NCBI GenBank assembly: GCA_964500675.1
Contig: CAZCNY010000005.1
Location: forward strand, 73,612-137,611
DNA: 64,000 bases
Direction: 5' to 3'
Source of the DNA: an uncultured Verrucomicrobiaceae bacterium
GTDB lineage: Bacteria; Pseudomonadota; Gammaproteobacteria; Pseudomonadales; CAMLJR01
Shown: positions 17,390-27,243 of the stretch, in pieces
Layout: every line of letters starts with the position of its first letter
How positions within the stretch are numbered: the first letter of the stretch is position 1
Notes under the pieces: generated by a model
The model's input: the letters and a program-made list of their open reading frames with translations, nothing else
Told to the model about the DNA's origin: nothing
The model's database searches: none
Position numbers and translations under genes: made by a program

Positions 17390-18472
17390 TCAAGACAATT
17401 TGTTTTTGATGTGATTGAGCAATTCCTCTTCGATCTCCGGCGTCATGGCTTTGCCGTCCACCCGCGACAGATCGATGCGCATCGTCGATTCGTTACCCGC
17501 TTCCGGTTGCACGCGCAGCACGTACGCGATTTTCACATCCTGCAGATCATCGTGATCGCGAAACACCCACGACCAGAAACGGCTCCACCACCCAGGCTTA
17601 TCCTGAGGATCGATCGGCGGCGTGTAGCGCACCCAGAATTCGCGCTCGCTGCGATTGAGATCATCGACGGTGAAACCCGCCTTGGGCAGCGCCAATATCA
17701 AAGAACCCCAGGCGCGATCGAACGGTAATTCCAGGCGCAGATGCGGCGTATCTCCCGCCGCTTTGCTCAAAAACACTTTACCTCTGGATTCGATACCGCG
17801 CTGCGCCAGCATCGACACCGCGCCGGTGCTGCCGTTATCGGCGATAAATTGCGCCAGCACTTTGATCATCTCGGTTTCACGCGCGGGATCGCTCGACGTG
17901 GTGGGCCAGTTATCGCCAGCCTGCGCACCGGCCTGCAACACGTAAATTTCCGAGGAACTGCGTTGCACGCCCTGCTCGATGCGAAAACGATAACGCTCGC
18001 GCGCCACGTTTGCGGTCTCATGCCCTTCAGGGTATTTCGGCTGCAGCCAGCCGGTTTCGATCACACCGTCGGAGGCATCCGCGCGCGTGACATACAGCTG
18101 ATTGGTATTGAGAAACTGCCGCACGCGCGGCCACACCTCACCCGGTGATGCTTCCACCAGAATCCAGCTGGCGCCATCGAGCGAGCGAATTTTCACTTGC
18201 TCGGCGCTGGGATCGCCGTCGATCGGTTCGGGACGCGGCACCGTGAATTTACCGGTTAGCGGCTCGGCATGCGCGAGCGGCGGAATCGCGAAATCTTCGT
18301 CGCCCTCGGCCTGACTCAATTCGGGCGGAATTTGCAGCGGTTTCTCCACGCGTGCGCGGCGGTAGTCGTCGCTGCGATCGCGAAATACACCTTTATCGCC
18401 AAACAGCCAACCGCACCCGCTCACGGCGATCGAGACGGCAACCACCGCAGGTATCAAAATGATTTTTTTCAT
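17390..18472 (-). CDS. bamC: Outer-membrane protein assembly factor BamC (NlpB) lipoprotein
   Basis: Start taken at [20 protein letters not shown] (lipobox). The ORF track starts 8 codons earlier. Sits in the conserved dapA-bamC-purC position. Blockwise similarity to E. coli BamC (WPRVRQFL.., RYRFRIEQG.., [19 protein letters not shown]). Confidence 0.88.
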   Translation of the reverse strand: MKKIILIPAVVAVSIAVSGCGWLFGDKGVFRDRSDDYRRARVEKPLQIPPELSQAEGDEDFAIPPLAHAEPLTGKFTVPRPEPIDGDPSAEQVKIRSLDGASWILVEASPGEVWPRVRQFLNTNQLYVTRADASDGVIETGWLQPKYPEGHETANVARERYRFRIEQGVQRSSSEIYVLQAGAQAGDNWPTTSSDPARETEMIKVLAQFIADNGSTGAVSMLAQRGIESRGKVFLSKAAGDTPHLRLELPFDRAWGSLILALPKAGFTVDDLNRSEREFWVRYTPPIDPQDKPGWWSRFWSWVFRDHDDLQDVKIAYVLRVQPEAGNESTMRIDLSRVDGKAMTPEIEEELLNHIKNKLS

Positions 18473-18550
18473 CGAACCTTCAACTGGCAAAAACACAGCG
18501 CCAAAAACAGGGAGTACGCCACACTAAGAATACGAAAGAGGCGCGCCGGA

Positions 18551-19423
18551 TTACACACCGGCGCTGCGCATGGCCGCGCGCACGATTGGTCTAACACTTT
18601 CACTGAGCGGCGTGAGCGGCAGGCGGATACCGCTGCCGATTTTGCCCAACTCAGCAACCGCCCACTTCACCGGAATTGGATTCGATTCGACGAATAATTT
18701 TTCGTGCAGTAGCATCAGCTTGTCGTTGATCGCGCGCGCCGCGCTGGCATCGCCGCGCAATGCCGCGGCGCACATTTGTGACATCAACTTCGGCGCAACG
18801 TTCGCCGTCACCGAGATATCGCCTCTGCCGCCTGCCAGCATCAAATCGAGCGCGGTGGCGTCGTCGCCCGAATACACTTCGAAATCGCGGCCGCAGCGCT
18901 GCATCAATTCGACACCGCGCGGTATATCGCCCGTGGCGTCTTTGATGCCGATGATATTGCCGATCGCGGCGAGCCGCTCGACCGTCTCGTTGCGCAAATC
19001 GCACGCGGTGCGGCCCGGCACGTTGTAGAGAATTTGCGGAATGGCGACGGTGTTGGCGATCGTTTTAAAGTGCTGATACAAACCTTCCTGCGTCGGTTTG
19101 TTGTAGTACGGCGTGACCAGCAGACAGGCATCGGCGCCGGCGTCTTTAGCGGCCTGCGTCAACTCGATCGCCTCGCGCGTGCAGTTGGCGCCCGTGCCCG
19201 CGATGACCGGAATACGGCCGCGGCAGACGGCAACGGTGCGTTTTATCACCGCGCAATGCTCCTCGACATCGAGTGTCGCCGATTCGCCCGTGGTACCGAC
19301 CGCAGCGATGGCGTTGGTGCCTTCGGCGATGTGCCATTCGAGGAGGTTATCGAGCGCGGGCCAATCGAGATCGCCGCTCGCCGTCATCGGGGTGACCAGC
19401 GCGACCATACTGCCAGAAAACAT
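18551..19423 (-). CDS. dapA: 4-hydroxy-tetrahydrodipicolinate synthase
   Basis: 290 aa. MFSGSMVALVTPM.., GTTGES, YYNKPTQEGLYQHF, and the conserved active-site region with IGIKDATG. Confidence 0.96.
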   Translation of the reverse strand: MFSGSMVALVTPMTASGDLDWPALDNLLEWHIAEGTNAIAAVGTTGESATLDVEEHCAVIKRTVAVCRGRIPVIAGTGANCTREAIELTQAAKDAGADACLLVTPYYNKPTQEGLYQHFKTIANTVAIPQILYNVPGRTACDLRNETVERLAAIGNIIGIKDATGDIPRGVELMQRCGRDFEVYSGDDATALDLMLAGGRGDISVTANVAPKLMSQMCAAALRGDASAARAINDKLMLLHEKLFVESNPIPVKWAVAELGKIGSGIRLPLTPLSESVRPIVRAAMRSAGV

Positions 19424-19605
19424 GCACTATCTCCAAGAAACAGATCCGGGAACGGAAAAGGCGCTATGGTACTGACGGCCATCTGTCAGTACAAGGACCG
19501 AGTCAGCGCCAGGGACCGGATCAGCGAAAGCGGCGGCGCCAGTACATGCCGCGCGCTCATGGGAAACATCAAAACGTTGTCGACGCTAGAAAGCAAAAGC
19601 GAAAA

Positions 19606-21774
19606 TCAGGGTTTGGAAAGACCCAGCTTGTGGACGATGGCGGTTAACGCGCGCTCCATGAAGCTGCGCTTTTCCGGCTGCACGATACGGATCGTGCCCG
19701 CGTGTAAGCCGTGGACAAGATTGGGAAGCGTTTCGACCAGCTGTTTGATGCCGGCTTGATTGACGAACATGTAATGCGCGCTGACGCGGCTGAACCACGC
19801 CATCTTCAGCAATTGCGGGCGCTGGCCCGGGCGATCGAATTCGAACAGCGTGCCGAATTCAACTTTGGTCTGCAGCATATCCGCCAACGCGTCCTCCTCG
19901 GGCGAAAACTCCGCGATCGGCTCGGGTGCGGGCATCGCCGCCTTCGGCGCGGGGGATTCCGGCGCGACAGCCGCCGCGGGTTGCACCAGCGGCTTGCCCT
20001 CGAATGCCTGCTCCTGCGCACGGCGCAGCGCAAGCAATAATTCCTCGCCCGACTCGCTGCTGTAACCGATCGTGCGCAATCCTTCGGCAATCGACTGTTC
20101 CAGCTGCTGCTGATAGCGCTGGAATTCTTCGCGCGATCGGCTGTTGTCTCCTTGTACGCTCCACAGCACGCCGTCGACGACTTTGAGCGCCGCTTTCCAC
20201 GACAAACTGTTTTCGCCGTTGCGCAAATAATTGAACGTGAGAAAGTCGGTCCACGGCTTTTGCAACAACTGTTGAATCGATTCCGGAATCGCAAAACCTT
20301 TGATGCGTTCGGCGATCTCGGTGTTCGCGCGCTGCTTCGCCGCAGCGAGACGCTCGATGCCTTCCTGCGCCGAGCGATTGCGCTTCTCGGCCATTTCAGC
20401 GCGCTTATCGAGCCCTTCGCGGAAGCGATTAAAATCTTCGAGCAAACGCGAAAACAAATCGATGTCGTCGACAAAGCCGCGCAAAATTGTTTCGACGATA
20501 TTGCGTAATTTCGGCAGCACGACGCGTTCCTTGTCGTCGGTCACCCAGCGCGAACCGGTTTCAGCCATGCGGTTGAGCAAAACGCGCGCGGGATGCTGCT
20601 GATTTTCGAGAAAGGTTTTATCGAGCAAGGCGAGTTTCAAATACGGTGTATGCAAATGGCTCAACAGCGACTTCACCACATCGGGAATTTTGCCGTCGTC
20701 GAGCATGAAGCGAAACACCATGCCGACCAGATCGACCGCATCGGCATCGCGCTGACCGAGTTGATTGCGCTGATCGGGATGCGCTTGTTGTTTTAATTGC
20801 GCAAACAGGCGCTGCTCAACGCGATCGATCGCGAGCGGCCGCTGCAACGCGACGCCGGCGTTGAATTCGGATGCCTGCTGTAACGCGGTCAACACCAGCG
20901 CATAATCGAGCGGCTGAAAATTTTCCACCGCGCCATCGCGCCCGGCCTGTAAACCACCGTAGCTGATGCCGCTCACCGTGCCGACACGCGGACCGCTGCC
21001 GGTGCGCTGACGCAGCTGTTCGATAATCGAGTTGTATAACTGCCGCTGCTCAAGCCCTTCTTCCGGTGCAGCGTTTGGAGTTGGGATCGGAGCGCTAGCC
21101 GGAGGCTCAGCCGCGATGGCGTCGACGTCTTTGCTGATCACGAATTTCAAATTCGGCAACACACCGCCATCGATCAACGTAGCGTTGAGCGAATCGAACA
21201 CCTTGCCGAACACGGCCAGCAATAATTTGCCGAGATGTTTATAAATGAAAATGCGCGCTTTCAGTTCGACATCGAGTTCGCTCATCGCCTGACGCAGCGC
21301 CATGCCCACTTTGGCGGGGCCGAACGGATTGCTGTCGTCCATCACTTTCTTACCGCCGCGCAAAACCGCGAGCCGGCGATTTAATTTCCACAGCGACTCC
21401 GCATACTGACTGCCCGCGCGCGATACGATCATCGAAACTGCGAGCTCGTCTTCAAGCTGCTCGCGCGCAACCAACGTCAATTTGTTTATGCGCAATGGCG
21501 GCGCGATATCGTCTTCGTCATGACCGATGAGAAATTGATCGTAGCCATGCTGCAACTGCGCGGTAAATGCGCGCTGCATGGCTGCCGCGACTTGATTCAA
21601 CTGCTGAATAGCGTCGTAGTAGCAGCGTTGTTCCTCGTTGCTGCTACCTTTTTCGGCTTGCTCGAACAAGCGATCGCGCAAGGTTTGCTGAGCCGATTGC
21701 AGAAGATTGCCGTAAAACGGCAAGGCAAGATCACGGCAGCGGGCAAGAAGCTCCATCAAAACGTCCCTAATCAA
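19606..21774 (-). CDS. Large conserved hypothetical protein (DUF1631-like, from memory)
   Basis: 722-aa mostly alpha-helical cytoplasmic protein. Clean codon structure, with several shadow ORFs on both strands. No catalytic motif recognised. The family name is unverified. Confidence 0.65.
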   Translation of the reverse strand: MIRDVLMELLARCRDLALPFYGNLLQSAQQTLRDRLFEQAEKGSSNEEQRCYYDAIQQLNQVAAAMQRAFTAQLQHGYDQFLIGHDEDDIAPPLRINKLTLVAREQLEDELAVSMIVSRAGSQYAESLWKLNRRLAVLRGGKKVMDDSNPFGPAKVGMALRQAMSELDVELKARIFIYKHLGKLLLAVFGKVFDSLNATLIDGGVLPNLKFVISKDVDAIAAEPPASAPIPTPNAAPEEGLEQRQLYNSIIEQLRQRTGSGPRVGTVSGISYGGLQAGRDGAVENFQPLDYALVLTALQQASEFNAGVALQRPLAIDRVEQRLFAQLKQQAHPDQRNQLGQRDADAVDLVGMVFRFMLDDGKIPDVVKSLLSHLHTPYLKLALLDKTFLENQQHPARVLLNRMAETGSRWVTDDKERVVLPKLRNIVETILRGFVDDIDLFSRLLEDFNRFREGLDKRAEMAEKRNRSAQEGIERLAAAKQRANTEIAERIKGFAIPESIQQLLQKPWTDFLTFNYLRNGENSLSWKAALKVVDGVLWSVQGDNSRSREEFQRYQQQLEQSIAEGLRTIGYSSESGEELLLALRRAQEQAFEGKPLVQPAAAVAPESPAPKAAMPAPEPIAEFSPEEDALADMLQTKVEFGTLFEFDRPGQRPQLLKMAWFSRVSAHYMFVNQAGIKQLVETLPNLVHGLHAGTIRIVQPEKRSFMERALTAIVHKLGLSKP

Positions 21775-21990
21775 TTTTCTTTTATCGGGGCGTTACAGCC
21801 TATACTGTTTTAAAAGCCGCGCGGGTATCGGTAAGAGAACCGCACGGGCTGCACGCCATATAGTCAAAAATGGTGTAGTGATTAAATGTAGACCAATTTC
21901 TTCCCGCTGCTGGTTTTGCGGTTGCCTGACTGGTGTTTTTTTCGCAGCATGGGCAACCCGCCGCGCCAACCGATGGAGATCGCCGTATCG

Positions 21991-22557
21991 ATGGACGCAA
22001 TGACGTTATTGAATCACCGCAATTCGGAACCCAAGCTCAGCAAACCCGGGCCCGACCGCGAAGCACTGCTGCAAATCCTCGGCGCCGCCGCGCGCGCTCC
22101 CGATCATGGCCGCTTACGGCCGTGGCGGTTTCTGTTGATCGAAGGCAAGGCGCGCTACCGCTTGGGCGAATTATTCGTGAGCGCGTTGCGTGCGCGTAAA
22201 CCCGACGCAACCCCCGAGGAAATCAAAAAGAACGAAGAGGCGCCGCAGCGCGCGCCCATCGTCATCACCGTGATCGCGCGCTTGGACCACAATCCGAAAG
22301 TGCCGCAAATCGAACAGATGCTATCGGCCGGCTGCGCCGCGCACGGCATTTTGCTCGCCGCGCAGGCACTCGGTTTCGGCGCGATCTGGCGCACGGGCGA
22401 TAATTGTTACGACCCCCACGTCAAAGCCGGCCTGGGCCTGAGCGAAAACGAAGAAATAATCGGCTACATCTACGTCGGCTCGCCGCTCGGCGCGCCGAAA
22501 CCGCTGCCCGATATTCGCGTCGAAGATCTTTTACAAACGTGGGAAAACGCAGAATAA
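21991..22557 (+). CDS. ydjA: YdjA-like NAD(P)H nitroreductase family protein
   Basis: Start set at MDAMTLLNHRNS, which aligns with E. coli YdjA MDALELLINRRS. The ORF track begins 25 codons upstream. Conserved APDHGRLRPWRF, APIVITV and GFGAIWRTG. Confidence 0.82.
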   Translation: MDAMTLLNHRNSEPKLSKPGPDREALLQILGAAARAPDHGRLRPWRFLLIEGKARYRLGELFVSALRARKPDATPEEIKKNEEAPQRAPIVITVIARLDHNPKVPQIEQMLSAGCAAHGILLAAQALGFGAIWRTGDNCYDPHVKAGLGLSENEEIIGYIYVGSPLGAPKPLPDIRVEDLLQTWENAE

Positions 22558-22568
22558 GATTGCGCCAA

Positions 22569-23558
22569 TCATTTTGATGCCGGCGCGAGATTTTTCGAAT
22601 AATACAACTGACCTTTGTCGTCGATAACGATGGCATCGACACCCGGAATTTTATCGATAATCTCCATACCGCGTTCGACACCGAGAATGAACAGCGGCTT
22701 GGTCAACGGGTCGGTTTCAAAACCGCGCGGTGCGAGCACACTCACGCTGCGCACTCCCGTCGCCGATTTTCCCGTTTTCGGGTTGATGATGTGATGCACG
22801 CGGCGCTTGCCATCCATGAAATAGCGCTCGTAATCGCCCGATGTCGATATCGCCGTATTCGATAATGGCAGCATCACGGCCGATTTATTTTCCGCGCGCG
22901 GATCTTTGATGCCGACCATCCACGGCCGGCCGCGATGATCGCCGAGAATGCGGCTGTCGCCGCCCGCCGTGACGATGGCGTTGTTTATGCCGCGCGCAAG
23001 CAAAATAGCCGCGCCTTGATCGACCGCGTAACCTTTCGCGATACCGCCGAGATCGATGCGCATGCCGGGCTTCATGAATTGCACCGTGCTCGCGCCCTCA
23101 TCCAATTTGATCGAGCGGTAATCGATCGCGTTTAAATGGCTCGCGATTTGCGCATCGGTGGGCTCGATATGCTTGCGATAATCGTACATGTAGCCAACCG
23201 AGGCATAACTGATATCGAAAGCGCCGTGACTGATTTCGGAATAGTGAATCGAGGTTTTCAGCAGCAGCATCATTTCGGCAGAGATTTTCACCGGATGCTG
23301 TGTCGCTTCGCGGTTGATCAGCGCGAGCTCGCTCGTTGCAATATAGGGGCTCATCGTTTGATCGATGCGCCTCATCTCCTGCATCACGGCCTCGATCGCA
23401 GCGTGCGCGGTTTTATCGTCGTCGGCCCACAGTTCGACGCTGACCGCGGTGCCCATGATCGCGCGCGTATCGCTGTACCATTCGGCGCGGGCGCTCGACG
23501 CTGCCGCGCATGCTGCAAACAACAATGAATACCGGACGATAACGCGAAAAACACTCAC
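22569..23558 (-). CDS. apbE: FAD:protein FMN transferase (ApbE family), probable lipoprotein
   Basis: Start assigned to GTG 23558, overlapping the gspN stop (GTGA). N-terminal signal with LLFAAC. ApbE motifs AIMGT, IDLGGIAKGYA, SGDYERYF and HHIINPKTG. The 512-aa track ORF is an over-extension. Confidence 0.87.
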   Translation of the reverse strand: MSVFRVIVRYSLLFAACAAASSARAEWYSDTRAIMGTAVSVELWADDDKTAHAAIEAVMQEMRRIDQTMSPYIATSELALINREATQHPVKISAEMMLLLKTSIHYSEISHGAFDISYASVGYMYDYRKHIEPTDAQIASHLNAIDYRSIKLDEGASTVQFMKPGMRIDLGGIAKGYAVDQGAAILLARGINNAIVTAGGDSRILGDHRGRPWMVGIKDPRAENKSAVMLPLSNTAISTSGDYERYFMDGKRRVHHIINPKTGKSATGVRSVSVLAPRGFETDPLTKPLFILGVERGMEIIDKIPGVDAIVIDDKGQLYYSKNLAPASK

Positions 23559-24391
23559 CAATGCCCGCTCCGTTTCACCGCGTATTTGCCCTGCGCATCG
23601 GGTTGCGCCGCGAGCATCAACTGCAAACTCTGACGAAAATCTTCGGGCAGCGAAGATGCCATTTTCACTTGTAGCTGCAGCGACCATTTGTGCGCACCGG
23701 CATCGACGTCGACGGCGCCATCGATGTCGAGCGCACCCTGTCCCTGCACACCACAGTGAATTTGTTGCGACGCGGGCATGCTCAACGCGCAGCGATAATC
23801 GCCGAGCGCAAGCCAGTGCGAATTCCACTGCCACTGCGCCTGCTGCCAATACAGCGCGCCCTGCAAACCGTGTATCTGCGCGCGCGATAATTCGGCGCGA
23901 TCGAGTTTCAAGGCAATCTGTCCGCGCGCCGGAATCGGCGCCCAATTCGATAACAGCGCAGCCGGCAACGCCGCGCTCGTGTTCGTCAACGTCAATTGTC
24001 CCAACGGCGAAACGCGCAGTCGCGCATCGGCGAATTGCTCGCCGTAGGTCATCGTAATATGCGCCGACGGATGCAGCCACAACAACGACCACGGCTGCAA
24101 ATGCCATTCGATACTGCCGAGCGCGAAAGTCTGATTATTTTGCTGACCCTCATTCTGCTGCCAAAACGCTTGGGCCGCGCTGCCGTTCCAAAAACTGCCC
24201 GCAACATTTTGCAATTGCAGCTGCGGCGCCAGCATGCGCGCAAGCGCCGTAAACAGCGCAGCGGGAGCGCTATAAAGCAGACAGATAAAAAACCAAACAA
24301 TCGCCGCGATAAGCGCGCGTTTGCGCCAGCGGCGATCGAACGAAAAATTCATTGCGGATGCAGTCATCACGTCGGTCAAAAATTTCATCAT
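23555..24391 (-). CDS. gspN: Type II secretion system protein N
   Basis: 278 aa. N-terminal TM anchor, the GSFWNG motif, last position of the gsp operon, and ATGA overlap with gspM. Confidence 0.8.
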   Translation of the reverse strand: MMKFLTDVMTASAMNFSFDRRWRKRALIAAIVWFFICLLYSAPAALFTALARMLAPQLQLQNVAGSFWNGSAAQAFWQQNEGQQNNQTFALGSIEWHLQPWSLLWLHPSAHITMTYGEQFADARLRVSPLGQLTLTNTSAALPAALLSNWAPIPARGQIALKLDRAELSRAQIHGLQGALYWQQAQWQWNSHWLALGDYRCALSMPASQQIHCGVQGQGALDIDGAVDVDAGAHKWSLQLQVKMASSLPEDFRQSLQLMLAAQPDAQGKYAVKRSGHW

Positions 24392-24870
24392 CAGGCGCGA
24401 TACAGTCTTGCCGAGACATTCACGACACCCGCCGTCGATCCCGGCGCGATCACGAGTTCGCGGATCGTCACACCTTTGGCTGACTCCAGCTCATTGAGCC
24501 AGCGCAGCACCTGATCGAAAGACATGTTGTCGAGCCGCACCTGCACATCGCCGCTGCTGCCGGGTTGAAACCGGCTCATCTTTAAACCGTTTTCCGCGAC
24601 CGTGCGATCGATCAGCTGCGTGAGGTTTTCATTTTGCGCCGACACATTTTGCGTGCTGCTCTGCTGCAACGCGTGCAACTGCGCCGCCATCTGTGTCACT
24701 TCCGCAAGACTTTTTTGCGCAACCGCATTTTGATTTTCAAGGCGCTGATTCGCCGCCGCAAGCGGATGCCACAGCGCCTGATAGAGCACATACACAATGA
24801 GCGCGCCCGCCAACAGCGCGAGCATGGCCTGATCGCGCAGACTCAGTTGTTGTTGCAGTTTTTCCAGCAT
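24391..24870 (-). CDS. gspM: Type II secretion system protein M
   Basis: 159 aa, a bitopic protein with a single TM (AMLALLAGALIVYVLY), positioned after gspL. Confidence 0.86.
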   Translation of the reverse strand: MLEKLQQQLSLRDQAMLALLAGALIVYVLYQALWHPLAAANQRLENQNAVAQKSLAEVTQMAAQLHALQQSSTQNVSAQNENLTQLIDRTVAENGLKMSRFQPGSSGDVQVRLDNMSFDQVLRWLNELESAKGVTIRELVIAPGSTAGVVNVSARLYRA

Positions 24871-24886
24871 GATTCGATTACCAAAC

Positions 24887-24955
24887 TATTTACTTTCAGT
24901 GATGCCCATTATTTACTTTCAGTGATGCGCATTATTTATTTTCGGTAATGCGCAA
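24887..24955. repeat. 23-bp tandem triplication comprising the last codons and stop of gspL
   Basis: Copies at 24887-24909, 24910-24932 and 24933-24955. The two spacer copies differ at 1 position. The genic copy differs from its neighbour at 4/23. On the minus strand each copy reads ..RITE(N/S)K-stop. Confidence 0.85.
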
Positions 24956-26116
24956 TTGGGCACGGGTTTTATCGCCATCGGTATTACTGCCGACCAACTG
25001 CGCGTTCAGCCCCGTATTCGCAATCGCGGCGCGCACCGCTTCCACATCTTTAAACGCGTTCGCGCTCAGGCTCACACGCAACTCGCCCTGATGCTCGCTG
25101 TAAGTCAAATTCTGCACGGCGACGCCATCGACGGTTTTGAGCACCCCGCCGACCTGCTGCAACAACGGCAGCACGGCACCGCCCTGATGCCCCTGCAAGG
25201 TCTGCAATTTGCGCCGCAATTGCAGTTCGGGATCGTTGACGACACCGCGCGGCTCCACCGAGCGATACACATCTTCGATCTGTCGGCGCAGCGCGATGTT
25301 TTGCTTATTGAGTCGATGATGCTGCACGCCGCCCACCACAAGATGCAACGCAACCGCTGCCGCAAACATAATTGCGGCGGGACGCCATTGCCACCACCAG
25401 CGCTGCCACGGCAGCGTGCGCGCAAACGCGCCCTGCATGAAATCGATCAGCGGACTATTTTCGGCGAGCGTCAGCGTCTGTTTTTCGAGTACGTCGATCA
25501 TGCCGCGCAATAACTCCGGCAGTTGCGGCAACAAGGTTTCAATTGGCTCATCGCTACACACCAATAATTGCTGCGGCAATTCATCGACCCTGTCGAGCAA
25601 TAATTGCAACGCAATTTTTGCGCTTTCAGGCTCCAGCGCAAAACCGCGATAGGCGCCGACGCGCACGAGCCAGCGCCGCGGCTCGACCTGCAATGTCCAG
25701 CAATGCTCGCGATACGGCAGCAGCAATTGCTCCGGCAGCACGCGTTTGATATCGAGGCCGGCCTTTTGACATTGTTGCAGCCACGCAGCGAGCCATTGCT
25801 TATCGATAATCGCCACCGGCACGTGTTCGTCCGCAATCGCACCGAGCGCGAAATGCTGCGTGTCGACATCGTCGAGCAGCTGCTCTTCGAGCGAATACGG
25901 AATGGTCTGCCGCAATAATTTGCGTTCGTGCGCGGCGAAAGCCACTTCCTGCAACAGCACTTTCTGCGCGGGCACCACCAGCACGAGATCGGCTGTGTGC
26001 GCGCGCGCATCCTCGGCAAACACTTGTGCATCGCCGCGTAACGGCGCCGCGGCATACGGCGCAGTCCAGCTCAGTTGATCGTCGTCGCCGACTTGCAGCA
26101 AAACGGTATTCTTCAT
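24932..26116 (-). CDS. gspL: Type II secretion system protein L
   Basis: 394 aa. Cytoplasmic actin-like domain, single TM (AAIMFAAAVALHLVV), periplasmic domain. Operon position between gspK and gspM. Confidence 0.88.
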   Translation of the reverse strand: MKNTVLLQVGDDDQLSWTAPYAAAPLRGDAQVFAEDARAHTADLVLVVPAQKVLLQEVAFAAHERKLLRQTIPYSLEEQLLDDVDTQHFALGAIADEHVPVAIIDKQWLAAWLQQCQKAGLDIKRVLPEQLLLPYREHCWTLQVEPRRWLVRVGAYRGFALEPESAKIALQLLLDRVDELPQQLLVCSDEPIETLLPQLPELLRGMIDVLEKQTLTLAENSPLIDFMQGAFARTLPWQRWWWQWRPAAIMFAAAVALHLVVGGVQHHRLNKQNIALRRQIEDVYRSVEPRGVVNDPELQLRRKLQTLQGHQGGAVLPLLQQVGGVLKTVDGVAVQNLTYSEHQGELRVSLSANAFKDVEAVRAAIANTGLNAQLVGSNTDGDKTRAQLRITENK

Positions 26117-26199
26117 GCCTGCTTCATCTGTTTGTTATGTCGATTGTCTGCATTTGAATGACTGATCGTGCGTTCGCATCACCGATCGCCAGCTCTCTA

Positions 26200-27243
26200 T
26201 TACCAATCGCCAAAGCTGCGCGCGAGAACCTCGGTAATTTTCTTACTGCCTTCGACTTTTCGATGCAAAATACTGCGCATCGCGTAACGATGTCCTTCAA
26301 AATCCGTGATCGTATTCAGCAGAAAATAATCGCTGAACAAAACGATCGGCGTTTCAATTTTCCGGCTGGCTAAAATACCGCTATTGAACAACACAAGAGC
26401 AGTTTTGGCGTCGATAAATTTAGGCGGTTTACGCGCCTCCAGCAAAACCTCGACCTCGGCATCGCTCAACGGCTCCATCGAGTCGGCGCCGCCCAGCGAG
26501 CGCAACACCTCAACCGGCGCCGTATTGATATTGATGCCACTGATCGCGCCGCTCGGCCATACCGTCACCAGCGGCGCCAGCGCGCGATAAATCGCCGGCG
26601 TCATCCCCTTCACGAACATCAACTCCGACGGCCCCACCAGCGTGCGATTCGCCGGCCGTCCAGGCGGATTGGCCGATTCGTAAAACTGGCTTTCGGCGCC
26701 GCTTAAATTGCTGACATCGGAATCCGCATCGATCCAATCGGAGATCGCATCGGTCAGCGCCTCGGCCTGATCGAGGCCTAGCGGCTCGTCGAGTTTGAGT
26801 GCAAGCAACAGTCGAATCAACTGCTTTTGCTGCGGCGAATACGTTCCAGGCGGCAGCGGCTTGGTCTGCGGGATGGCGAGCACATTCAGATTAAAGCGCC
26901 CCTGCAAATCTTCCAACTGCCCGCCGATCCAACCGTAATCGGTCGGATACTGCTGCGGCTGCGCCCAATCCTCCGCGAGGTTATCGTTGCGATCCTTGTC
27001 GTCTTTTTTCAAATCATAAAGCAACGCCGCGCGCGACAACGCCTCGGCACCGCGCATGTACGCATACGCCTGCTCGCTGTAGAGTTGATTTTCAACGCGC
27101 CGGAACATCAATAAAAAATTGCTGCTCAATTCGGTGGCCAACAACACCACCATCGCCACAACGAGTAGCGCGACGATCAACGCCACACCGCGCTGATTGC
27201 GCTCGCCCCTAACCCCTGGAAATTTACTGCACGGGTTGTTCAT
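26200..27243 (-). CDS. gspK: Type II secretion system minor pseudopilin K
   Basis: Start set at MNNPCSKFPGVRGERNQRGVALIVALLVVAMV, 63 codons inside the track ORF. GspK-type N-terminus without a conserved Glu5. About 347 aa. Confidence 0.88.
   Translation of the reverse strand: MNNPCSKFPGVRGERNQRGVALIVALLVVAMVVLLATELSSNFLLMFRRVENQLYSEQAYAYMRGAEALSRAALLYDLKKDDKDRNDNLAEDWAQPQQYPTDYGWIGGQLEDLQGRFNLNVLAIPQTKPLPPGTYSPQQKQLIRLLLALKLDEPLGLDQAEALTDAISDWIDADSDVSNLSGAESQFYESANPPGRPANRTLVGPSELMFVKGMTPAIYRALAPLVTVWPSGAISGININTAPVEVLRSLGGADSMEPLSDAEVEVLLEARKPPKFIDAKTALVLFNSGILASRKIETPIVLFSDYFLLNTITDFEGHRYAMRSILHRKVEGSKKITEVLARSFGDW

Noticed and set aside
23559-24107. Upstream 183-codon extension of the ApbE ORF (512-aa track ORF)
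   Set aside because: It overlaps gspN in a different frame and is Ala/Arg-rich with no ApbE similarity. GTG 23558 gives a signal/lipobox N-terminus and a normal ApbE length.
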